64,000 nucleotides of DNA from Octopus vulgaris (taxonomy: Eukaryota), in contig OX597819.1 of NCBI GenBank assembly GCA_951406725.2, positions 8,742,001-8,806,000 on the forward strand. Reading direction: 5' to 3'. A program made the position numbers and the translations under genes. A model generated the notes under the pieces. That model did no database searches. It saw only the letters and a program-made list of their open reading frames with translations, and had not been told where the DNA came from. Below, piece by piece: positions 27,367 through 40,901 of the stretch. The first letter of the stretch is position 1. The number at the start of each line of letters is the position of its first letter.

Positions 27367-28076
27367 TTACGATTAAATAATTAAATTTAGAAAAATTAGA
27401 AGAAAAGTTTTTTTAAAAGAATATTTCTATAGTAGTGTTCAGATTTAAGTGGCATTCTGCCTTTCTCTGACTCCCTTGTTTGCACTTGTGTGTTCGAGGT
27501 AGTTGTGAGTTCTTGGTAGGGTAGTAGAGGGAAGGCTGGTGAGGAAAGGGGGTGGGAGAATCTGGGAGTGCCCTGATGGTCGTATTTTGAATGGTCAGTG
27601 GCGGCTGGCAGTCTCAGTTCAATTCAGGGGAATATTTATATTGACAGGCTTGTTTATAGAATTAGCGTAGGTGTTATACTAAAAATCATTAGTGACAAAC
27701 TTAAGGGGTAGGGGGTGGAGAAGAAGAAGAAGAAGAAGAAGAAGAAGAAGAAGAAGGAGAAGGAGAAGGAGAAGATGATGGTGATGGTGGTGATGATTAT
27801 GACGACGACGATGATGATAACGATGATGATGAAGAAGAAGAAGAAGAAGAAGGAGGAGAAGGAGAAGATGGTGGTGATGATGGTGGCGATGATGATGACG
27901 CCGATGATGATGATAACGATGATGATGAAGAAGAAGAAGAAGAAAAAAACAGAGAAGGGAGAATATGAATGGGTGTAAATATAGCTATGAAGGGGCTGAT
28001 TAGTAATGGATTCTATGGAGTGTAGTATTTGTGTGTGTATATATATTTTTTTCTTTTATTCTAAAGTTGAGGTATA

Positions 28077-29123
28077 TTAATTGTTTGTCGTAGACCCGTT
28101 AAGAAGTGGCTTGTATTTTGTAATAAAGAGATTTTCTTTACTTATTCTTTGTCTCGAGGTTGTATCGTCCCTAAATTGGTAGAGGGGGAAAATTCTGAAG
28201 TTTGGTGTTTTTTTGTTGGCGCAAGTATCTATGTGTTGGCTAAAAGCTATTTTTCTGTTTTGGGGAATTTTTATCTGGGATCTGTGCAGGGCCATTCGTT
28301 TACGCAAACCATTTTTTGTTTGGCCTATGTACTGCTCTTGACACCCGGAGCAGGTTAGTGTGTATATTAGGTTCTCCGAAGCACATGTGAAGTTGCTTTT
28401 CACTGTAAACCGTTGTCCCTGTTTGAAGGAGAACTCAGAACCCTCGATTAGATAGTCGCATATCCCGCAATTGGGTCTTCCACATTTTTTTACTGTCGGC
28501 TTCTGTGTTGAAGAGTGAATTCGGGCTTGTGTAAGGAGACTTTTCATGGATCTAGGCTGTCTTTTGCTTTTTATGATCGTGTGTGTTTGGAGGATTGTGT
28601 TCATTCTGTGGTCTTTTTTTAGGAGGGGTATGTTGTGGAGGATGGTGTCGAAGGCTTCGTTATTGAGAGGGTTGTGTGTGGAGATGTATGGTAAGGCTTT
28701 TGGTTGTAAGTTTTTCTTTGATTTGGGATGTCTCAGTTCCTTGATGTTAAGTTGAAGGGCACGTTGAATGCACTTGTCAATAAGTGAAGGTGGATAGTTC
28801 CTGGTGATTAGGGTATCTTTTAGTTCTTGTAGTCGTGTGTCTCTGGTGTTTGCGTTAGAGACTATAGTGCATATCCTTTTTGCTAGATTGAAGGGGATAT
28901 TCATCCTGGTGTGTCTGGGGTGGCATGAATTGAATGGAAGATATTGCTTAGAGTCTGTAGGCTTATAGTATATGTCTGTTTCTATTATATTATTAGCTTT
29001 CTTAATGAGGATATCGAGGAAGGGGAGTTGTTGTTGGCTATATTCCATCGTGAATTGGATGTTTACGTCCAGTCCGTTTAAAATTTTCTGGAATTCTATG
29101 AGTTTTTCTATATTTTTATGCCA
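28077..29123 (-). CDS. PLE reverse transcriptase C-terminus/thumb plus GIY-YIG endonuclease (truncated but uninterrupted)
   Basis: WHKNIEKLIEFQKILNGLDVNIQFTME..LPFLD..YYKPTD..YL..SCHP; CGRPNCGIC; NLIY..C..C..YIGQT..R...H; E..FI..LN. Confidence 0.9.
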   Translation of the reverse strand, partial: WHKNIEKLIEFQKILNGLDVNIQFTMEYSQQQLPFLDILIKKANNIIETDIYYKPTDSKQYLPFNSCHPRHTRMNIPFNLAKRICTIVSNANTRDTRLQELKDTLITRNYPPSLIDKCIQRALQLNIKELRHPKSKKNLQPKALPYISTHNPLNNEAFDTILHNIPLLKKDHRMNTILQTHTIIKSKRQPRSMKSLLTQARIHSSTQKPTVKKCGRPNCGICDYLIEGSEFSFKQGQRFTVKSNFTCASENLIYTLTCSGCQEQYIGQTKNGLRKRMALHRSQIKIPQNRKIAFSQHIDTCANKKTPNFRIFPLYQFRDDTTSRQRISKENLFITKYKPLLNGSTTNN

Positions 29124-29237
29124 TATATATATATATATTTATATATATATATATATATATATATACAAAAGGAGGCAGAGAATATTAAGAAAATCGATAT
29201 CAAAATACGAAATTATTAAGACACAGACAGACACATC

Positions 29238-29312
<75 letters not shown>

Positions 29313-29384
29313 TGATTGATTGATTGATTGATAGACAGATATATAGATAAAGGGTTGTCTACATCTCGGTGTCAGAACTATACT

Positions 29385-29838
<454 letters not shown>

Positions 29839-30671
29839 TATATAAGCACCACCACATTAAGATTTTAACTTTTGAATTAGTGATCTTTTAATGATATTTA
29901 ATAATATTCCTTCAAAAAACGTGTAACCACTTTTAAGTTGAGATATTACTTATTACACTTTTCCAAAGATTAACTTCAGAGATCTTATAAACAGCGTAGT
30001 TAATGTTGAATCATATATCTAACCTGATGTCATGTTATTGAATGTAATAATGGTTTTTCTAAAGATGCACAAGCATAAACTATAATCAAAGTGGATATAT
30101 GGAGTGTTTGAATGAATGTTACATCTCTCTATATTCGCAGATGAAACCATCAGGGGCTTATAAATTTGTCGACGAATATTAGCCAAAGTTTCGCACGAAC
30201 TTTGAAGCGATTGGAGTTTCATTAATTGTGAACAGAAATGAAAACTATAAAAGTTATGGATTAACTTCCTTCAGTTGCTTGTAAATTAGCATTGTCTATT
30301 AACGACATTCGTCTTCTGTAATAAAATATGGCGGTCACGGCAAGAAATAGATTCATGTTTCATAGGATATTGTACGAGATTTCGTATGATGAATATTAGT
30401 TTTATCCATCCTGAGGTAAAAAAAATTACAGAAGCGGAATAGCTTGTGCATCTGCATCCTGTCCGAAGACTTTGGGACACATAGCGTATTGCATGCTGTA
30501 TGCATTATGGCTCAGCATCATTCACGTCTAAGTAGTTGAAATATGGTACCAAATTATGAAAGTACTCACACGCATATTAAAGTAAATGCAAATACGTGCA
30601 AATACACATAATCTCAAATACTTGTTTAGCTTTTCTAACCTCTCAATAATTCAAATGTCTTTTCCCACCCC

Positions 30672-30760
<89 letters not shown>

Positions 30761-30762
<2 letters not shown>

Positions 30763-31255
30763 GGCGCAGGAATGGGTGTGTGGTAGGAAGCTTGCTTCGT
30801 AACCACATCGTTCCGGGTTCAGTCTCGGAACTGCGTGGCACCTTGTGTGTCTTTTACTATAGCCGCAGGCCGACCAAAACCTTGTGAGTGGATTTGGGAG
30901 AAGGAAACTGAAAGAAGCATGTTGCATGTATATACATGTGTGTGTGTGTGTGTGTGTGTACTTATTTGTGTTTCTGTGTTTGTTCCTCCACCATCGCTTG
31001 ACAACCGATGCTGGTGGTTTATGTCCCTGTAACTTAGCAGTTCGGAAAAAGAGTCCGATAGAATAAGTACTAGGCTTACAAAGATTAACTTCAGAGATCT
31101 TATAAACAGCGAAGCTAATGTTGAATCATATATCTAACCTGATGTCATGTTATTGAATGTAATAATGGATTTTCTAAAGATGCACGATTTGTTCAACTAA
31201 AGCCGGTGTTTCAGCATGGATGCAGTCAAAGGACTGAAACAAGTAAAAGAATACA
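30761..31255 (+). mobile_element. SINE family A (older) carrying a 107-bp locally templated insertion
   Basis: 31079-31185 duplicates 29964-30070. Confidence 0.85.
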
Positions 31256-31469
31256 AGACTATATGTTCCAAATAACGGTAATTTATTGGATGAAAGCGAT
31301 TGACCGTAACGGAAAATTGTGTAAGCATTACGGTGAGTCAGGTAAAACGTTGGATAGGGAAAGTTCGTGGAAACGAGCATAAAAAATACACAAAATGAGA
31401 ATGATTTTATCAGAAATAAATTGATTCAACTGATTAAAACAGAATTTAAATAAAAATAAGAATTAAAAA

Positions 31470-31760
31470 TCTTTATATATAAAAGTCAAGTTGTGTGTCT
31501 GTCTCCTACGATTTAGATTCCTAACTACTCCCACATTTTGCGGTGCAGTTTAACCAAAACCTGGTATCTTATAGTCGTGATTCATATCGAGCCCTTCTGG
31601 GTATTAGCGCACGTCTACGATGAGTCTACGATTAAAAAAAAAAGTTTACCATCATTTTTTTCCATTTTAATGCATTTTTTCGCTATTATATAAGGGAAGT
31701 AACTCTAAAAATGTCTACGATGAGTCAACGATTTAAAAAAAATTATCATAATTTTTTTTC
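31470..31760 (+). mobile_element. Helitron H1, 3'-truncated
   Basis: Same 5' end and body as 19505; no CTAG end. Confidence 0.8.
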
Positions 31761-31961
31761 ATGTATTAATCAAAAAGGCATGATAAAAAGCTAGTCAATA
31801 AACAATACAGGATCGAACGTTCAATTTCAAATATACTTGGGTATAGTAAAAATGTATCCTATATACATACGAATGTACATATATACATACAAACACACAC
31901 ACATATATACTCATGTATACACAAACACACATTACGTACCTATGTATATATATATATATAT

Positions 31962-32150
31962 ATCACCGTGTATCAGATGTAGCTACACATCGCTGGTCAC
32001 AATGCGCTTCGCATTGTTTTAGCCTTCAAATGACGCCACCCCGCTGGCTAAGCGAGCAGGCCAACAGAAGAAAGAGTGAGAGAAAGCTGTAGAGAAGGAG
32101 TACAGCAGGGATCGCCACCACCCCCTGCCGGAGCCTCATGGAGCTTTAGG
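31962..32150 (-). mobile_element. SINE family C fragment (tail type 1)
   Basis: Reverse complement of 38398-38600. Confidence 0.8.
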
Positions 32151-32889
32151 TCTACCAAAAGCTACATCGAAAACAAAACAGGTCTAAACGACCTCATATA
32201 CTGCGCAGCCTCTGTCGCTCTACAATCCATTGGGGTTAAAAAGCGAAAGAAAAAGCTATTAAATTGTTTTAAGTTAAATTAAATTAATCAACTATGTACT
32301 GCAAATATATTATTATATATTGCATGATTTTTATCATAATGAAACAGCTATTGATCACAAATTATGAACTATAACTGAAACTTATGCTTTTCTACTTTTA
32401 TTCAAAATACTAGTAGAAACATTGCCTTGGCGCGGATTTCAGCTAATCCTTCAATAATATTTACATATTTGATTCCTAATGGGTACGACATAATCTATGT
32501 TACCTCTGCATCCTTTATTCGTCTAATAGCACTCACTTGCAAAATAAATAAATTTAGAATAATAGCAATCACTCAACGACAGCGTTAGAATTTGTGAAGT
32601 CTACAGGTAAAATGTTTACTTTGCATGACGTTAAACTTGATTGCACACCCAATAGGATGGAAAAATCGTGTTTAAAATCTTACGTTTTCAAACACGTAAC
32701 TGTATCACTTATTATTTGCGTTGTGTTACTTTTCTGTTGTTCTATATATATTTGTACGTTTTAATGTTAAGAGCCTGTATTACAAATTTACAAAGATGGA
32801 AAGTGATAATTTTTATTCTCATTCATCATTTGAACTATGATTACACGAACAGTAGTCTCTGCAACGCGTTTAATTTTCTGAAATATATA

Positions 32890-33116
32890 TATTTTTTTAC
32901 TACCCACAAGGGGCTAAACACAGAGAGGACAAACAAGGACAGACACACGGATTAAGTCGATTACATCGACCCCAATGCGTAAATGGTACTTTATTTATCG
33001 ACCCCGAAAGGATGAAAGGCAAAGTCGACCTCGGCGGAATTTGAACTCAGAACGTAACGGCAGACGAAATACGACAACGCATTTCGCCCGGCGTGCTAAC
33101 GTTTCTGCCAGCTCGC
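32890..33116 (-). mobile_element. SINE family B
   Basis: Matches 8328-8560; probable TSD ttctgaaat. Confidence 0.9.
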
Positions 33117-33525
33117 TTCTGAAATCTATAACAGATTTCATGCTATACTTCTTATCATATACTAAGTCTCCTATAATGTTTACTTTTCAAAACATTGTGC
33201 AGACCAATCAAATACGTTTATGTTTGGTACAATTGACGTAAGTAAATTAAAACTATTTTTCTTCATCAGAACCATCCAACGAATATGAAAGAATATTGGA
33301 TTCAACATAATTCGGTTGACACTGGATTAAACTTATAATTTGGAGAATTATTTTTCTGACATGTCAGTAGAAAGAAGCTTCAAAGAGGGTAAAAGAGAAA
33401 AGTAAGAAAGAGAACACTCTCTCGCAGTGTCAAAATCATTATTTCAAAGTGAATTAAAATAGGTTTTTCATTGCTGAAATCTGTAATGATAAAAGAAACT
33501 TGAACACCACATTTTTATAAAAATA

Positions 33526-33905
33526 CTAGCAATATCGCCCGGCGTTGCTCGGGTTTGTAAGGGAAATAACTATATAAGCATTTTTAGAGATGTTAAAGTA
33601 TAATAGCCATCTCAATATGGCTAACCACAAAGGGGGGTGTTACTGTAGCTTTTTACGTTCTGAGATTTAATAATACATTTTTAGAGAGTTACTTCCCTTA
33701 TATATGCCAAAAATGCATTAAAATGGGAAAAATTGATGGTAAATTTTTTTTTTAAATCGTAGACTCACCGTAGACGCGCGCTAATACCCAGAAGGGCTCG
33801 ATGTGAATCACGACTATAAGATACTGCACCGCAAAATGTGGGAGTAGTTAGGAATCTAAATCGTAGGAGACAGACAGCACACAACCTTACTTTTATATAT
33901 AAAGA
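33526..33905 (-). mobile_element. Non-autonomous Helitron H1
   Basis: Reverse complement of the 19505 family, with TC and CTAG ends. Confidence 0.88.
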
Positions 33906-34483
33906 TATTAATATTACAAGTTTCAAGAATTTCCTAGACGATGTAGACTTTAACAATTACTTTCTGTTAGTAGATGTTACGTACACCAAAATGATGACTC
34001 AGCATCTTTCTTTATTGTAGCATAGATGCTGCTCTTAATGATTGCTTCGACCGATTATATATAAACAGGCAACCTGGTCTCACTTGAATTTACTGCAATG
34101 TAATAAAGTGTTGGAGATTAACGATCTGCTATTAATTGAGTTCTTAATTACTGTGGATTTTTATCATGTTTATCCATCAATTCTTCAACATGGAAAAGTG
34201 TGTGTATATTTATTTACGCATGCGTGTGTATGCGTCTAAAGAGTGAGAGAAAGAGATAGATATGTATTTTTGTGGACAAAAGAAAGAAAAGTGCATCCAC
34301 CGTTTTGTAGAGTTACTTTAACTGTATTCATAGTTATGTACATTAACTGATTGAGAATCAGTCACTCCTGATCTTTCGCATCGCATATTTATGAGGAGTA
34401 GTTTTCTCACTTTAATGAGCCAGACTGCTCCTCTCATCATAGTCTTTCCCCATTTTCGGTACGTTGTTAACGGTATAACAATT

Positions 34484-34710
34484 ACTCTTTTACTCTTTTA
34501 CTTGTTTCAGTCATTTGACTGCGACCCCGGGACTTATTCTTTTGTAAGTCCAGTACTTATTCTATCGGTCTCTTTTGCCGAACCGCTAAGTGACGGGGAC
34601 GTAAACACACCAGCATCGGTTGTCAAGCAATGTTAGGGGGACAAACACAGACACACAAACATATACACACACACTTATATATATATACATATATACGACA
34701 GGCTTCTTTC
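34484..34710 (-). mobile_element. SINE family A fragment
   Basis: 3' half with an internal deletion. Confidence 0.8.
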
Positions 34711-35735
34711 TTTAAATTTATTTGTTTTCTTGCTTTCAACATTCAAATCAACATCTTCCAGTGCACCCTGTCCCCCTACCAGTTGTTTTTCATATTTTGT
34801 AACATCTTTGCTAAAACCCACTCACTCACTACTCCCCCACCGTCCTATTTTCAATTCTTCTCAACATTCTATATAAACCTTATCCCCACCCGACTACGTC
34901 TGTACTTTGTTTCTATGTCCACCAATTCAAGTAATATTGATCATACTATTAACTTTACACAAAACTATTTCCTCCAACATCATACAACTCCTACTCTCCA
35001 AAATCAATCCTTCAAAACTTTCATTTTTCGTTCCCATTTTTGTATCCAAAGTCATAACATCACTACTATTTTTCCGGCGCTAACGTTCATCGCCTTCCTC
35101 AGATTCTACTGATTTACTGTCTGGTGTGTATTAGTTGTCGCGCATGCAGTATAAGGCATTACTCTCAGTCAAGATATGCTTACTTGCGTATCACTGTGAA
35201 AATTCAAAGGTCTTCACCGGTAATACTTCATTTTACCTATGATATCGCTTTTATATCAGAAGGGTTAATTAGTACGAGCAAATTCGTGACTACAAACATT
35301 TTTGCCCCGCTGTAAAAGGATACAATGCCAGATGTGATATTTTGAAGAAAGCGTTGCTTCTTTTAGATAATGCACTAAGAAATCTAGCGACTTAAAACGA
35401 TTTTTCTGATTATATGAGTGTGGAATATATCTTCCTGAACACAGCTTCTTTACTGCAGACAATGCATCAAAGAATGATAGTCAACTCCAAGGTATATGAA
35501 CGGTATATAGATAGCAATTGAGTTCACGTTTTCCGCCAACACAAAGCCAAGATATATTTGAACAAGATATTGTAACACATGGGATATGTATTATATTTAC
35601 ATTTACTGATATCTGATTGTTGACATTGAACCAAATTTCTTTAAAACTGAGTGCTTTATTGATATCTGCCAGGATTCTTTAAAAACCATTTTTCTTTTAT
35701 GTGTGTGTATGTGCGCACGCGATCGTATGTGTGTA

Positions 35736-37188
35736 TCAGGTCATCACATAAGTAATGTCCGGATTTCTATATTTTCAATTTGTAAACGCTTTAACAGTAT
35801 TTTAGAATGTCTAATGGCATCAAGTAATATTTATATGTATTGAAACATTTAGACTAAAGTTCATTTTGCAGGATAATCTAATTGAAATTTCGCTAATTAT
35901 AGTCCTTCAAACATGGAAGTGTGTAAGGATCATTTCAGGTGCATAATGCTTTATGAATTTAGAAATGGGAACTCTGCAGCTGAAGCGGCTCGAAATGATC
36001 TCTCAGCTTATGGAGAAAAGTGTCTGAATGAAAGAACTTACAGAAGATGATGATAAATCTCAGAGCGAGTTATAAACAGTAGCAGCAACACATCGTGACG
36101 TATATTTGCCATTTGAATATGGCTAACCCCTAAGGGTGGATGCTACTGTAGTTTGTAGCCCCAGGAGGACACCTCCTCCAGCTGGCTATAGACACACTTT
36201 CTGTGCCCTATCAGTATTTGCGAAGGGAAGCCATCCTTCCCGTCTTCAACTTATGATACACACGGACTCGAGTTTCAAGGTATTGACCTATCATCGGCGT
36301 GTGACAATCATAGTTGTCGATGAGAAGTCGGTTCCCTTCACAAATACATATACTTTTTCCAGTATCGATTGACACTGATATTGAAAAAGTGAAATCAAAC
36401 AATGATAAATCTCAGAGCGGGTTATAAACAGTAGCAGCAACACATCGTGACGTATATTTGCCATTGTAGAATTCAGAAGTGCAGATTTCAGCCTTGAAAG
36501 TGTGGCCCGAACAGGACATCGAATTGAGTTTGGTGACAAGCACCTTTTAGCAGAACTTGATAAAGATCATGTAGTTTCATTTGGAGAATTGACAAGCAAG
36601 CTTCGTTCAAGCCATCGTCTGCAAGTTCACCGCCATCTTCAACAGCTTGGAAAGGTCCCAAAACTCTGAAAATAGATGTCTCATGATTTGTCTAAAGCCA
36701 ACCGCAAATCTTGAGTGGACATTTGCTCTTTTCTTCATTCCCGTGAACAGTATTTGAATTCTGCTTTGAAGAAAAAAAAAGGTCTGCATTAGTGAATGAA
36801 AAGGGAGCGGTGTTTCATTAGAACAATGCAAGAAACCACACTGGAAAGATCACGTCACAGAAGATCGCAGAACTTGGTTGGGAGAAAATTGCTCATCCTC
36901 TGTATTCTCCAGACCTTGCTCCTTCAGAATACCATTTGTTCTGAAGGTTACCGAATCATTTGGATGGATTCTTGAAACAAATGAGGAAGTCGAAACTGAG
37001 CTTTCAGAGTTTTTCACTTCGAAACCGAAAGAGTTTTTCACTAATGGGTAAAGAAGTTTACGAATAGACAGAAAGACGTTATAGATAACTATAGAAACTG
37101 TATTGACAATTAGGTTTCATTAAAATGTAAGATTTGATCACTTGTTTTCCGTATTTAAAATCCGGGTATTATTTAAGGGGTGATCTGA
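35736..37188 (+). mobile_element. Mariner element (decayed) with TIRs and TA TSD, interrupted at 36051-36465
   Basis: TIRs tcaggtcatcacataagtaatgtccggatt / aatccgggtattatttaaggggtgatctga. Frame MEVCKDHFRCIMLYEFRNGNSAAEAARN...; later HPLYSPDLAPSEYHLF. Confidence 0.88.
36051..36465. repeat. Insertion bounded by ~63-bp direct repeats (period 352 bp)
   Basis: tgataaatctcagagcg...tatttgccatt at 36051-36113 and 36403-36465. Confidence 0.85.
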
Positions 37189-37252
37189 TATATATATGTA
37201 TTGATGTTTATGTGTGTATGTGTATGCATATATATGTGTATATATATGTATA

Positions 37253-37311
<59 letters not shown>

Positions 37312-38133
37312 GCAATTATGGATAAGTGTGCGCGAGAGTGTTTTCAGGTGCCTATATATGTGTGAGAATGTGCGTACAGTGAGAATGAGAGGCGGAGAGG
37401 TGGAGGTGGAGTTTCACATACATTTTCAAGTTATTTTTTAAGTGTTTTTTCCCCAACATGTTCGAATATGTCTCCATGGAATTTAAATTACAAAACACTT
37501 CATCTCGGTGTCTCCTCAAACAGTTTAGAGTTATCATCAATTTTTTACGCAACGATATTTGACATTACGCCAAGCATTCGAGGAGAGACGCGGTGGAGAA
37601 TATATGTCAACAAGTTTTGAAGTGGAAGTGACAGTTTTCTCTGGACACTGGTCGATCTAGTAAGTTATCTTTGACGGATAGCGTACTTTTAATCGGGTCA
37701 TTATAGTAAATGAATAAATAAATAGGCTTCTTTTTCCCCAATGGTGGGGCAAGCGCATCACGTCCTTAAATGTTGCTGTCCTGCAGTTGTAAATTATTCA
37801 AAGAGCTTCGGCCTTTGATGATGCTTTTACTACTTTTTGGTGTTGATGTTGTTGATGGTGATGATGATGGTGGTGGTGGTGGTTGCGGTGTTGTTTGCTG
37901 TTGATGTTATTGCACAGATATCGATGTCTTCTTTGTGGCTGTAGTTTACGTTATCTTTGTTGTTTATTGCCTACCTGAACATATATACTTCAGCCGCGCC
38001 CCCTTTCGTGTCTGTCTTCCAGTCATCAAACTTTTATCACAAGTTAACTTAGCGTTTTCTCTGTAGGTAAACGTGTATACACGTATACATACACACACAC
38101 ACACACACACACGCACACATATATGTATGTATG

Positions 38134-38178
<45 letters not shown>

Positions 38179-38180
<2 letters not shown>

Positions 38181-38286
38181 AGGCGTGTGGCTTAGTGGTT
38201 AGGGTGTCAACATCCTGATCGTAAGATTGTGGTTTCGATTCCTGGACCGAGCGACGCGTTCTGTTCTTGAGCAAAGCACTTCATTT
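38179..38286 (+). mobile_element. tRNA-like SINE head (related, CORE-like) directly upstream of SINE C
   Basis: ggaggcgtgtggcttagtggttaggg...ggtttcgattcc...ttgagcaaagcacttc. Confidence 0.7.
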
Positions 38287-38290
38287 AAGT

Positions 38291-38600
38291 GGAGGCGCAA
38301 TCGCCCAGTGGTTAGGGCAGCGGACTCGCAGTCGTAGGATCGTGGTTTCGATTCCCAGACCGGGCGTTGTGAGTGTTTATTGAGCGAAAACACCAAAAGC
38401 TCCATGAGGCTCCGGCAGAGGGTGGTGGCGATCCCTGCTGTACTCTTTCGCCACAACTTTCTCTCACTCTTACTTCTGTTGGCCTGCTCGCTTAGCCAGC
38501 GGGGTGGCGTCATTTGAAGGCCAAAACAATGCAAAGCGCATTGTGAGCAGCGATGTGTAGCAACATCTGATAGCCTGGTCGGTCACGGTGATCACGGTGA
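38291..38600 (+). mobile_element. SINE family C, tail type 1
   Basis: tRNA-like head with A-box gcccagtgg and B-box gtttcgattcc; tail ends in repeated cacggtga. Confidence 0.85.
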
Positions 38601-38778
38601 TATATATATGTATATAAACAGAATAAATAGTGAGGGATTATCAATCTGGGCAAAATACTTCATAAGCTCTCTGTGAGCACACTAGGCTAACAATATTACT
38701 TAGATTAATGAAGAACTCCAGGTAATCGTTTGGCAGGATCTCATACACACACACATACATGTGTATATATATATATGC

Positions 38779-38823
<45 letters not shown>

Positions 38824-39022
38824 CCTACATACATACATATATTCTTTTTTCTTTTATTCTTTTATTTGTTTCAATCATTTTGACTGCGGCCATGCTGGAC
38901 CACCGCCTTTAAACGAGCAAATCGATCCCAGAAGTCTAGTACTTATTCTACACGCATATATATTTATAATATATATGTATATATATAATATATATGTATA
39001 TATATATGTATATGTATGTATA

Positions 39023-39097
<75 letters not shown>

Positions 39098-39455
39098 GCA
39101 CACATACACACACATACACACACATACACACACACTCACATGCATATATATATTTAAGCATTAAATCCCAGGCATGTGTACGCGTACATGCCCACTAAAT
39201 GAATCGAGCTTTTTCATCAAATGGACTACCAACTCATGTAACCCTCATTCCTCAAGAAGTTTCAAACTGGTGCACTCTGTGTGCTTTACAGAATCTAATC
39301 GAAAGAAAGGATCCTACTGCTTCTTCTTTTAAGTTTGGTACTTGTTCTACTAGTCTCTTTTGCCGAACTCTACGTTATAGGGACGTAAACATACCAACAC
39401 TGATTCTTAGGCGGTGGTGGGGAACAGATACAGAACACACACACACAACTATATA

Positions 39456-39487
<32 letters not shown>

Positions 39488-40313
39488 CTAGCAGCATAGC
39501 CCGGCGTTGCCCAGAGACCCTAGTAGGCAACGACTAATCCCAATCTATTCCTTTCCCCCCAGGGAACGAAAGCGCATGTGTAGGTTGCAATGTCTTCTCT
39601 TCACTCGAATACTTCTGTGTATACGATGCTCCTAGCTGTCCCTTTGAGCGAAAACATGAAAACATCATTGCGCCTCCCAAGAGAGTTAAAAAGGTCGAGT
39701 TGCGTCCCCTAGACAGTCTGTGGTTGTGTTTAATACACAAATCGGTTTGCTATGTGTGCCACATATGATTTAATTAACCGATTTTTTTCCAGTAATAAAG
39801 TATCCTATTGGAATAAAAAGGGTCATATAGCTCCTTGGAGTAGACATGATGCTCGCTGTGAATTTTTTTTAAATTCCTGCCAATTTGTGAAAGATATTGT
39901 CGAAAATATGTCATTTTGAATTTGAACGCGATTTCCCAAAATGGCATGATTTTATCGATTTTTCTGATGGTAAGGTATTGCATGGAAATTTAACGTCAGA
40001 ATTAAGTTTCTTAAGGTAACATTAAGCTTCACCATGAGTTTGGTGAAAATCAATTGCAAGTTGCGAAAACTACAACAGAAAGTGTGTTGCATATAAGAAG
40101 CTTAGATTCTCGACCCCATGTCCAATTTATCAATTTTTTCCAGAACTGGGGGAACTTTTAAAAATTTTCGCTGCGTTAGTTTTGAATTATGACATTGGGC
40201 TGTGTGTGTGTCAAGTTTCATCAGAATCGGTTGAAATCTGTGGTCAGGGTGAGGGTACAACCTGACAGACACACAGACACACAGACAGACAAACTGCCGT
40301 TTATATAGAGAGA
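39488..40313 (-). mobile_element. Non-autonomous Helitron, family H2
   Basis: Minus strand starts TCtctctatataaa followed by (gtct)n; ends gggcaacgccgggc...CTAG|T. Confidence 0.8.
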
Positions 40314-40500
40314 TATATATTAGCAGAAATACCCGGCGTTGTCCGGGTTAAAGACGATAAAGAAATTAAAAATCGCCGTCTAGATTACGTAGGTCGCAAC
40401 TCTTAGTAGCTGAGATACCAACTTTCTACATTAATAACTCTCCAACCCATGCCAGCGTGGAACATAGACGTTAAGTGAAATGTTGAAAGAATGTTTTCAA

Positions 40501-40574
<74 letters not shown>

Positions 40575-40584
<10 letters not shown>

Positions 40585-40901
40585 TATTAGAGACAAAACC
40601 ACTATTTTGCAAAACAAACAAGGAAAGACTTAATCAATACATAAAATTTTAATAAATAGTCAAAAAAACCGCCACTACAATCGTTTCTTGTCTTGATCGA
40701 CAATCTTCAGGTGGACTTCCAATAAGTCAGTTTCAAATTATGAAACTGACTTATTGGAAGTCCACCTGAAGATTGTCGATCAAGACAAGAAACGATTGTA
40801 GTGGCGGTTTTTTTGACTATTTATTAAAATTTTATGTATTGATTAAGTCTTTCCTTGTTTGTTTTGCAAAATAGTGGTTTTGTCTCTAATAATATTTTAT
40901 A
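40575..40901. repeat. ~325-bp palindrome between (TA)n arrays
   Basis: ~160-bp arms around spacer aatta (40736-40740); the right arm continues to (TA)n at ~40985. Confidence 0.95.
40762..40804 (+). ncRNA. Canonical type I hammerhead (mirror copy on - at 40672-40714)
   Basis: CCAC-CTGAAGA-TTGTC(gatcaa)GACAA-GAAA-CGATTG-TA-GTGG. Confidence 0.88.

Larger units (their letters stand above)
27276..29123 (-). mobile_element. 5'-truncated Penelope-like retroelement (Neptune-like Cys-rich linker) inserted in (TA)n
   Basis: RT/EN ORF, 3' region with (GAA)/(GAT) repeats and an HHR, (TA)n at both ends. Confidence 0.9.

Noticed and set aside
32150-32260. LNDLIYCAASVALQSIGVK, reminiscent of an R4/Dong LINE N-terminal region
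   Set aside because: Short, single motif; not enough evidence.
38291-38365. tRNA gene
   Set aside because: It has A/B boxes but no proper acceptor stem, and continues into a SINE body present in multiple copies, several with TSDs.
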